From Fibrobacteria bacterium (lineage in GTDB: Bacteria; Fibrobacterota; Fibrobacteria; UBA11236), in contig JAYTHY010000124.1 in the NCBI GenBank assembly GCA_043732185.1, positions 1 to 20,822 of the forward strand: DNA of 20,822 nucleotides, read 5' to 3'. Shown piece by piece: positions 9,372 through 16,531 of this stretch. Both the position numbers and the translations under genes were made by a program. Below the pieces are notes generated by a model. The model had not been told where the DNA came from. It searched no databases and was given only the letters and a program-made list of their open reading frames with translations. Position 1 is the first letter of the stretch. Each line of letters starts with the position of its first letter.

Positions 9372-9986
9372 CTATGCCGTCATCAAGTGAGCGGCCTCGT
9401 AGAAACGCTTGGCCATTTTACTGCCGGCATTGTCCAGTAAGTCCAGCTTTGCTCTAACTAGCATCGCCTTTATAAGCTGGCTTCGATTCATTCCCATTTT
9501 GGTGGATTCCAAATCCAAGCCAATAAGAAACCGGTTAAGAATTCGTAGGGATATGCGACTTGTTCCCCTGCCATCGGCGAAATCATCGGTGAGCGCGAGT
9601 CTGATCTGTTTTTGAAATGCGCGATTCTTCAATTCATGGGTGTAAAAACTCAGGACCATACGCGTTATTTCGGAGGCATCGACACCAATTTTTGCGCCAA
9701 GGATATAGATGACGTCCTCCAATTGAGGTGAAATGCGTACTTCAAGGGGAATTGGGTTATCTCCCAACTGCTCTTTGATCTTTGGCGAGGATTGATCGGG
9801 AATAGCGGTTAGCTAATCACAGGTATTGCAAAATGCCTGCAGAACATTATGAACGACTTTCTTTGTTGCCGTAGATTTGTAATCACGATAATGGAAGGTC
9901 GAGGCTCTAATTTCCAGGCAACTCTCACAAAGAGCCTTTATGGAATCACCGGCCTTGAACATTCTGATTTTTATTTGTTTTTCCAT
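9372..9986 (-). pseudogene. Zinc-finger (CxxC...CxxC) putative DNA-binding/antitoxin-like gene interrupted by an in-frame TAG at codon 58
   Basis: Manual translation from ATG 9986 gives MEKQIKIRMFKAGDSIKALCESCLE...NVLQAFCNTCD*LTAIPDQSSPKIKEQ, continuing in frame into the listed 9372..9767 ORF; TAG at 9813-9815. Confidence 0.75.
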
Positions 9987-10044
9987 GTGCACTTTCAGAT
10001 TACTGTACGTAATTTAACGTACATAACCAAGAGGAAAAATGGGT

Positions 10045-10407
10045 TTATCCAACCTTCATCAATTTGAAGCTGATTTGGTACCGATAGAAAACAATACTCG
10101 ACACCATGTTCAAAGCCCGGCGAATCCGCTGGTCATCCTCCAAGGCTATAATCACCCCGCGCACGGTCTGCCCCACTTCGGCCAGCTCCTCCTGCACATA
10201 TCCCATATAGCGCAGCGCCTGACCGACCACGGCATCACTGGCGCGGCCCTTTTTTAATTCCACAACGAGTAAGGTTTTCTTGTCTTTGCTAATGGCCAGG
10301 ATATCGAGTGGGCCGGTATCGGTGGCATATTGTTGGCCGACGCGCTCGCCGTCTTTGTGGCGGGAGCGATATCCCCGGATGCCAGGTGCCTCGGCTATAA
10401 AACCCAA
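10045..10407 (-). pseudogene. N-terminally truncated NucS/DUF91-like PD-(D/E)xK endonuclease
   Basis: QQYATDTGPLDILA...VVELKKGRASDAVVGQALRYMGYV; only ~120 codons with a weak TTG start, directly abutting the XRE promoter region. Confidence 0.72.
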
Positions 10408-10432
10408 ATTTTAGGACAAAATACGCAATATG

Positions 10433-10469
10433 GTTGACAAATATACCATCCAAGGTGTACTTTGTCAAC
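10433..10469. promoter_or_regulatory. Palindromic overlapping bidirectional sigma70-type promoters / operator
   Basis: Inverted repeat GTTGACAAA (10433-10441) / TTTGTCAAC (10461-10469). Plus strand: TTGACA 10434-10439, 18 bp, TACTTT 10458-10463. Minus strand: TTGACA 10468-10463, 17 bp, TATATT 10445-10440. Confidence 0.75.
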
Positions 10470-11543
10470 ATGAATCCCCAAACCCTTCCCGAAGTCAAGA
10501 ACCTATTCGGCCAGCGTCTTGCGCAAGCCCGGCGAATGCAGGGGCTTTCCCTCCGGGAACTGTCGGAACGCATGCAGCCGCCAGTCAGTTACAATGCTCT
10601 CCACAAATACGAGTCCGGAATGATGCTGCCCGAATCCGGGACCTTGCGCACCCTGGCCCATACTTTAGAGCAGTCTATAGATTTCTTTTTTCGGCCGGTG
10701 ACTGTTACTTTGGAATCAATCGAATTCCGGAAAAAGTCGAAACTTGGAGCCAAAAAGATTGAAGCGATCCGAGAAGAGGCCACAGATTTTTTTGAACGGT
10801 ACCTACAAATCGAGCAGTCCCTAGGATTAAAAACCGAGTTTACTAATCCAATTTCCAACTTCGTGGTTGAGCGGCCTGAGCAGATCGAGTCCGCCACTGA
10901 AAAACTTCGTTCTGCATGGAACCAGGGATTGGCTCCTTTGGGAAACGTTGTCGAACTATTGGAACATAATCAGATCAAGGTTCTTGTACTCAAGGCGGAT
11001 GATAGTTTCGATGGATTCTCAGGATGGAGCGGGAAAATACCAGTGATAGTCTTGAATGGAAAAATGCCTCAAGACCGAATCCGGCTTACTGCTCTGCATG
11101 AACTTGGCCACTTGTTGATGTCATTCGATGCTTCTTTCGACGAGAAGGCAAAAGAAAAAATGTGTCACCGATTTGCGGGGTCAATGTTAATGCCCAAAAC
11201 GATTTTTGAAGAGGAATTCGGATTGGCACGCAATCAAGTTGCATTGGAAGAGCTTAAAGACATGAAATGCGATTACGGAATCTCCATCGCCGCAATCATG
11301 GCTCGAGCGCGCGACCTTGGGTGCATTTCGGACGGAATGTACAAGGAGTTTTGCATGTATCGAAATCGGATGGGGTGGCACAAGAATGAGCCTGGTGAAT
11401 ACACTGGAGAAAAAAGCCCAAATCGTTTTGACCAATTGCTTTATCGCGCGGCATCCACGGAGGTTATTAGCCTTTCATTGGCAGCTAGCTTAGCCAAGAA
11501 ATCATTGGCAGAGTTTCGTGAAAGCTTGCAGCTAGTGCCGTGA
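10470..11543 (+). CDS. XRE-family HTH regulator fused to an ImmA/IrrE (peptidase M78) domain
   Basis: FGQRLAQARRMQGLSLRELS...LHKYESG HTH; RLTALHELGHLL and E..CHRFAGSMLMP; ATG 10470 preferred over TTG 10434, which lies inside the -35 box. Confidence 0.93.
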   Translation: MNPQTLPEVKNLFGQRLAQARRMQGLSLRELSERMQPPVSYNALHKYESGMMLPESGTLRTLAHTLEQSIDFFFRPVTVTLESIEFRKKSKLGAKKIEAIREEATDFFERYLQIEQSLGLKTEFTNPISNFVVERPEQIESATEKLRSAWNQGLAPLGNVVELLEHNQIKVLVLKADDSFDGFSGWSGKIPVIVLNGKMPQDRIRLTALHELGHLLMSFDASFDEKAKEKMCHRFAGSMLMPKTIFEEEFGLARNQVALEELKDMKCDYGISIAAIMARARDLGCISDGMYKEFCMYRNRMGWHKNEPGEYTGEKSPNRFDQLLYRAASTEVISLSLAASLAKKSLAEFRESLQLVP

Positions 11544-11588
11544 TTGTTGATGCCCATCCAGCCCGGATTTCTCTGAACGCCAATCAGT

Positions 11589-11789
11589 CTATACTTGTTG
11601 GTGAATAGTAGAGTAGCTGCTTCTATTCATAGCATCCTCCAGTTGATTACCTCGAGGTTTTGTTAATCCTTCTGCCAACATTTTTTTAAACTCACCCAGC
11701 GCTTCTGAATACTCTATAATTTTTTGATCGCCTTTGATGGTTTCCTCAAAAGCACTTAGAATTTCTTTTAAGTTTTTTTCCGTATTCAT
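11589..11789 (-). CDS. Small hypothetical protein (66 aa) coupled to the upstream protease
   Basis: ATG 11789 lies 1 nt after the protease TAA; MNTEKNLKEILSAFEE...EGLTKPRGNQL; same AT-rich composition as the protease gene. Confidence 0.65.
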   Translation of the reverse strand: MNTEKNLKEILSAFEETIKGDQKIIEYSEALGEFKKMLAEGLTKPRGNQLEDAMNRSSYSTIHQQV

Positions 11790-11790
11790 T

Positions 11791-12666
11791 TTAAAAGAAC
11801 CTCCGTGTATGGTAAAAATTCTTTGTGTTATTTTTGGATACATAATCGGTCAACATGTCGTGGTAGGCATTAACTTTATCGCGCAAAGTTTTATTTGAAG
11901 AGTAATTTTCGATTTTTAAGCGCAAATCTGTTTCAAGCCTTTCAATGTTAATCGGCCGCCCATGAGACTTCCATTTATTGTTATCACTTAAGGCTGCCGC
12001 AATTTCAGCTGCACGCTGTTCCTTTTCCGGAATAGTAACTGCCTGTCCTTTTTTGCCAGGATCCGTTTGATGCTGATTCCAATCTTTGAATTTAAAATTT
12101 ACAAGCCAACGCTTGAGTAAATCAACTGTAAGGTCGCGGGCTTGTTCATAGCCCTTTAACTCGGCTAAATCGAAATCTTTTAAAATCAAAAACTCGGCTT
12201 GAGATAGAGTTTTATTCCGCGCTCTTTCAAGTAGTTCATTGATTTTATCTAAATAGCCTAGAGCACCAACAAATTTTCCTTCTTTATTTCTGACCTGAGG
12301 ATCTATTGGTCCAAGAACACTGAAATAGTCCATATAAATATTATCACCAGACATGCAAAAAATTGTACCGGCGCTGAAGGCGTAATCCGGAACGATGAAA
12401 TTTACTTCCGTGTAATTATGTCGCAGAATATGGACATAGCGCTCGACAGTTTCCGCAATTCCACCGGGTGTAGTGAGGACGATACAAATCCGGTCCTTCT
12501 TATTCGGATCATTAGCTAGTTCTTCAACTAATTTTAAAATGATTCGTTCGGTGCCATCTAAAATTGGACCATACATGGTCAAAATATCGGAAGAAAGCAA
12601 CGTCTCGAGGTCAACAAGCTTTTGTGTGAGAATGTCTTTGACGGTCATGTCTACAGGGTTAAGCAT
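11791..12666 (-). CDS. SDH_sah-like ClpP-fold serine protease
   Basis: LTTPGG, VPDYAFSAGTIFCMSGDNIYM, LGPIDPQ and W.SHGRPI motifs. Confidence 0.88.
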   Translation of the reverse strand: MLNPVDMTVKDILTQKLVDLETLLSSDILTMYGPILDGTERIILKLVEELANDPNKKDRICIVLTTPGGIAETVERYVHILRHNYTEVNFIVPDYAFSAGTIFCMSGDNIYMDYFSVLGPIDPQVRNKEGKFVGALGYLDKINELLERARNKTLSQAEFLILKDFDLAELKGYEQARDLTVDLLKRWLVNFKFKDWNQHQTDPGKKGQAVTIPEKEQRAAEIAAALSDNNKWKSHGRPINIERLETDLRLKIENYSSNKTLRDKVNAYHDMLTDYVSKNNTKNFYHTRRFF

Positions 12667-12732
12667 TCTTTTGTCCCTTAATCATCTTTTCTTCAAAGCT
12701 AGGAAGGTAGGAAAAATTAATAAAAGCGAAAA

Positions 12733-12771
12733 ATCCACTGGTTTTGGAAGCGATCCACTGGTTTTGGAAGC
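12733..12771. repeat. Tandem duplication of ATCCACTGGTTTTGGAAGC (19 bp, 20-bp period)
   Basis: Exact copies at 12733-12751 and 12753-12771, upstream of the protease gene. Confidence 0.9.
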
Positions 12772-12854
12772 AATATTTATCGATTTTGGCTTGCTTTAGT
12801 TTTCCCCGGGCGTTCGCACTAATCTTCGGGCTGGCGGTAACCCCAAAATACCTT

Positions 12855-13133
12855 TATGAAGGATAGCCAATCACCGTATCAATTTCGAGCCAATTCCTGG
12901 AATAAAAACCTGTATCAAGGTCTGTCATGATACGTTTCGGATTGCCAAAACTGTTTTAGAAATTCTGGGACTTGATCCTCAGAATGGAATATTTGTGCAA
13001 GATGCTTAAAACCGTGGCGCTGAGGATCATAGAGATTCGTACAAATTTGTTCGGTTAATTTAGTACCTGTTGGATAGCCATAAATTGAACTCGCTCCAGC
13101 GCCGACTACGAGGACAATTTTCTGAATAGACAT
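12855..13133 (-). pseudogene. Remnant of a SIR2-like domain gene
   Basis: N-terminus KIVLVVGAGAS..YGYPTG..L is typical of SIR2-like proteins. After the TGA at 12915-12917 the frame reads YRFLFQELARN, and a shifted frame gives VIGYP, resembling the VIGYS motif. Boundaries are approximate. Confidence 0.65.
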
Positions 13134-13146
13134 ATTAATCGGTGCC

Positions 13147-14406
13147 TTAAATTAAACGGGTTTTGCCGGTGAGGAGCTCTTGCATCATGCCTTGTTTGAG
13201 GGCGCGGGTTTTGTCGCGGCGTTGTTCGAGGGCAGTGAGTTCGGTGTCCATGTCGGAGAGGACGGTTGCAATGGAGGCTTGTTCGGCACGAGATGGTGGG
13301 AGGGAAAGTGTTATTAGCCCCAAATTATCTTGGTTAATGTTGGTGTTTGCGCTAACAGAGCTTAAACTGATCAACCTCTTCCTAAAACCTTCTTCGTAAA
13401 AACAATGCTTTTTAAAACCAAGGTCTAAAACACCTCGATCACGAAACCTTATGAGAAACCCAGAGTAAACTGTCTCGGGTAGGTCATTCTCGATTACAGC
13501 TGTGAGACCGACTCCAGATGGTTTAACTGATGAACGAATAAAAACAACGTCACCACTTCTTAGGTCATAAGTCTGCTTATCATTTTCAGAAGAATTGATA
13601 AGTCCAAATCCTTCGTTTTTCGATATGACCGAAACACCAAACACATCCATTAAATTTACAAAGGGACTACCGTGGCCGAAATCCTTGGCGTCCTTATTTA
13701 TTCCATTCTTGAATTCACCAATTTCTCCCAGTTTTTGTTCTACCCACTCCCCCTGAAATCCCGGCAACCTCTTCTGCCCGGTGAGAAGCTGCTGCATGGC
13801 GGCCTGTTTGAGGTCGCGTTTCTTGGCGATGAGTTGGTCCAGTCCGGCGATCAGGGCATCGACATCCGACAGGGCGGTGGCGATGGCGCGTTGTTCGGGG
13901 AGGGGGGGGATAGGAAGAGAAATCCCACCGATTTGGGATAAGGATAAAAATGGTTGCGCCCCACCGTTCGACAACTCTTGTGTGATTTTATCTTTTCTAT
14001 TCCAAAGTGAGTAGTTGATGAAATGGCCATCCGTTTTCTTTGCGTTTGGCTTAAGGAGTGCGACATTTTTTAGGCTAAACTCGAACTCGACATTTACAAC
14101 TGCGGTTGTCGCGACACCAGCACCAATGTTTACAAATAAAACATCATTCTTTTCCGGGTTACATCTATTATAAATTATTTTATGGTCGAACAAGGAAAGG
14201 TACAAGCAATTTTCAAAATCAATATGGTTATCCTTCACGTGAATTGCAGTTAAAAATGGAACACCAGATCGAACGGGCTTAGGTGTGTCATGGGTGCCGT
14301 CCGTGATTTTTTTACAGCAATCTTTAAGAATTTGAACTTCCCACTCCGCCGGAATCACTCCCACTTCAGTCTTCTTATACCCCTTGGGAATCTTCGTCTC
14401 ACTCAT
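13147..14406 (-). CDS. hsdS: Type I restriction-modification specificity subunit S
   Basis: Start MSETKIPKGYKKTEVGVIPAEW after GGAGG; two TRDs; repeated conserved blocks PP..EQ.AIA..LSD.D and KQ..MQ.LLTG..RL. Confidence 0.96.
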   Translation of the reverse strand: MSETKIPKGYKKTEVGVIPAEWEVQILKDCCKKITDGTHDTPKPVRSGVPFLTAIHVKDNHIDFENCLYLSLFDHKIIYNRCNPEKNDVLFVNIGAGVATTAVVNVEFEFSLKNVALLKPNAKKTDGHFINYSLWNRKDKITQELSNGGAQPFLSLSQIGGISLPIPPLPEQRAIATALSDVDALIAGLDQLIAKKRDLKQAAMQQLLTGQKRLPGFQGEWVEQKLGEIGEFKNGINKDAKDFGHGSPFVNLMDVFGVSVISKNEGFGLINSSENDKQTYDLRSGDVVFIRSSVKPSGVGLTAVIENDLPETVYSGFLIRFRDRGVLDLGFKKHCFYEEGFRKRLISLSSVSANTNINQDNLGLITLSLPPSRAEQASIATVLSDMDTELTALEQRRDKTRALKQGMMQELLTGKTRLI

Positions 14407-14438
14407 GTTAACCTCCACGTGACCGCGTCCGTACTCTT

Positions 14439-14540
14439 CGCGCAAGGGATGCGGCGGGCAGCGGGCGTTAGCCTGCTGGTCCCGAAGGGACGGGAGCGAT
14501 AGCGTACCCCAGAGCAAGCCCGACCCGTAGGGGTGCGCCC
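14439..14540. repeat. GC-rich multi-hairpin (REP/MITE-like) element immediately upstream of hsdS
   Basis: Plus-strand hairpins: CAGCGGGC-GTTA-GCCTGCTG (14459-14478, one G-T pair), GTCCC-GAA-GGGAC (14479-14491), CCC-GTA-GGG (14524-14532). Confidence 0.6.
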
Positions 14541-14878
14541 ACTAAGAGAATGGGAACTTTTCCTGTGAGCGAAATTTTCGATATATCGCCCGAAACCGAG
14601 GAGTGGCGCAGAAATTTTAAATACGGCGGAATCGCCACAAATAGAACGGGATGGCAATTGGCCCGGGGCCTGCTGACCAATTAATGAGAAGGGACATTCA
14701 GGATTCATTGGCAATTCTTTAGACAGCGTCTGAAGAATTTGTGCAAGGGAGGGCTGCACTTTTTGAAGAATGGCCAGATTATGCCCCCATTGAGTTACAG
14801 CCAATTGCGAAACAGGCTGTTTCGTAATGGATTGGGTGATAATCCAGGTCTTGTAGCCCGCATTTTTCTGTAACAACC

Positions 14879-14900
14879 TCATACCGTAAACCCCGTCTTC
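14879..14900 (-). repeat. hsdM-3'-end motif, copy 3
   Basis: Minus strand GAAGACGGGGTTTACGGTATGA versus GAAGATGGGGTTCACGGTATGA at 17644-17665 (2 mismatches in 22). Confidence 0.85.
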
Positions 14901-14929
14901 GACCACCTCGGATTGATTGTAACCGGGCT

Positions 14930-15343
14930 TCATGTTTTATCCGATGATAGTGGGCGTCGCGCGTTTTGCTCTCGGGCATGTTCGATGGCCTGGTGCAGCA
15001 GTTTCACCTGTTCGGCATCGGCCGAGGCGCATAAGATGAGACCGATGGGGGAATCCTCGCTTTGGGCACACTCGTGTTTATCCAACCAGCGGAGGTCAAG
15101 TTCCAGGAGCACGCCCTCGATTTCACGAAGGATGGCATTTTCCAGATCGCGCTCGCTATAGGCCCCTTTGAGACCCATTTCAGCATAGAATTCACGGGCA
15201 AGCGGGTCTTTGATAGGGATAAGTTCGATAAAATGGCTCCAGCTCAATTCTTGCGACAATGTCGCAAGAATTTGTTTCTCGTGCATCACCCGGCTACCAT
15301 CGAGGGTAGACTGTCTTCGGTGGACCCTGGAGATGGCCTTCAC
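14930..15343 (-). pseudogene. Internally deleted DUF1016/YhcG-like gene
   Basis: Collinear fragments LSWSHFIEL..AREFYAEM / YSERDLENAILREIE..LLEL / PIGLILC joined in frame; lacks the DLxFY...ELK nuclease core present in the two neighbours. Confidence 0.75.
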
Positions 15344-16485
15344 GAATTCACGTCCCCGCCCCGATTCTGAGAAAGCTCAGCCTCGATGCGCTCCAGCTGC
15401 TGCTTCAACTCTTCCTTGGAGGGCAAGTACAGTTGATACTTTGATGCGAAAATATTCGCATTCGCGGGCAAGGTCAATTCCACCAGTGCGTCGCTTTTTC
15501 GATGGCACAGTACAATGCCGATGGTCGGAAGTTCGTCTTCCGCTTTCACATAGCGGTCGAAATAATTGACGTACATCTGCATTTGGCCCAGGTTCTGGTG
15601 CGTCAATTTATCGCGTTTCAAATCGATCAAGACATAGCAGCGCAGGAGGCGATTATAAAATACCAGGTCCACGTAAAAATGATCGTTGTCGAAGGTGAAC
15701 CGCTTTTGACGCGCTTCAAAGAGGAAGCCCTTACCCAGTTCCAGCAGGAAGGTTTCCAGTTTATCGATTATGGCGGATTCCAAATCCTCTTCCGAGTAGG
15801 CCGGTTTTTCTTCGAGCCCCAGAAACTCCAGCACGAAAGGATTTTTAATGATGTCGGAGGCTTTTTCGATGACCAAGCCCTTTTTGGCGAGGTTGTGGAT
15901 CTCGTCCTTGTCGCGGCTCAGGGCCAGTCTTTCGTAGAGGGAGCTGGCAATTTGCCGTTCGAGTTCACGGACACTCCAACTCGCAGCGGTTGCTTCGATT
16001 TCGTAGAAACGGCGTTCTTCAAGGTTATCCAAAGTCAGTAGGGTGACGTAATGGGACCAGCCTAAGGTGAAGTACTGGAGTAAAGCTTCGGAAACAAAGC
16101 GCATCTTTTCGTCGCCCGGCCTAAGGGTCGACGCCAATTCAACAGACGTTGTCTGTTGAATCTGTTCGAGGGGGAAAGAGTGGGCGGAAGCCGTTTGGCC
16201 GATGTCCTTGTAGCCTTGATAAAAAGCACGGCTCTTTCTGAGATTAACCGGCGAAACACCTTTAATTCCTTTATTTTTTAACGCTTCGGATAGATTTTCA
16301 ATTAAGTGGTTCCCGTATTCAGCCCGATCCACGCCGTGTTGTTCAAACTCCACCAAATACCACCCAAATAGCCAATTTCGGACGACCAGATAGGTATCTA
16401 CGGTACGGCTGGCCCGGTTTTGCAGCTCTTGATGAGCCTGCCCACACAAGTCAACCAACTGCCGGAATTCGAATGCATCGCTCAT
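15340..16485 (-). CDS. DUF1016 / YhcG family PD-(D/E)xK nuclease-domain protein
   Basis: LGWSHY, RRFYE, WSVRELERQI, KNPFVLEFLGL, FLLELGKGF.F..RQ, VDLVFYNRLLRCYVLIDLK, GQMQMY; probable start ATG 16485. Confidence 0.93.
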   Translation of the reverse strand: MSDAFEFRQLVDLCGQAHQELQNRASRTVDTYLVVRNWLFGWYLVEFEQHGVDRAEYGNHLIENLSEALKNKGIKGVSPVNLRKSRAFYQGYKDIGQTASAHSFPLEQIQQTTSVELASTLRPGDEKMRFVSEALLQYFTLGWSHYVTLLTLDNLEERRFYEIEATAASWSVRELERQIASSLYERLALSRDKDEIHNLAKKGLVIEKASDIIKNPFVLEFLGLEEKPAYSEEDLESAIIDKLETFLLELGKGFLFEARQKRFTFDNDHFYVDLVFYNRLLRCYVLIDLKRDKLTHQNLGQMQMYVNYFDRYVKAEDELPTIGIVLCHRKSDALVELTLPANANIFASKYQLYLPSKEELKQQLERIEAELSQNRGGDVNS

Positions 16486-16503
16486 ACTGTGAACCCCATC
16501 CTT
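16482..16503 (-). repeat. hsdM-3'-end motif, copy 2
   Basis: Minus strand AAGGATGGGGTTCACAGTATGA; its GATGGGGTTCACAGTATGA core differs from the hsdM copy at 1 of 19 positions and supplies the ATG of the downstream DUF1016 gene. Confidence 0.88.
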
Positions 16504-16531
16504 TCTAGGTGCGACCACAAAACAAAAGGCG

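Larger units (their letters stand above)
14403..14933 (-). pseudogene. Chimeric ORF: HsdS-like N-terminal peptide, copy of the hsdM 3' end and DUF1016-like fragments
   Basis: MKPGYNQSEV resembles the HsdS start PKGYKKTEV; KQPVSQL...WGHNLAIL and QILQTLSKEL resemble DUF1016 N-domain segments; ATGA overlaps at both ends. Confidence 0.55.

Noticed and set aside
9236..9375. Short dyads TTGGC-TTTA-GCCAA and TAGCCA...TGGCTA as terminators
   Set aside because: Short stems without a U-tract; could arise by chance.
9813..9815. Stop-codon reassignment (TAG or TGA read as sense)
   Set aside because: TAG terminates this same frame (9372) and the small ORF (11589), TGA ends many intact genes, and the long genes are uninterrupted in the standard code. 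Isolated nonsense mutations are the simpler explanation.
12733..12771. Possible CRISPR mini-array
   Set aside because: Only two 19-bp units separated by 1 nt; no spacers and no cas genes.
14407..14517. N-terminal extension of HsdS in the ORF track
   Set aside because: Runs through the hairpin element; GGAGG and the typical HsdS start point to ATG 14406.
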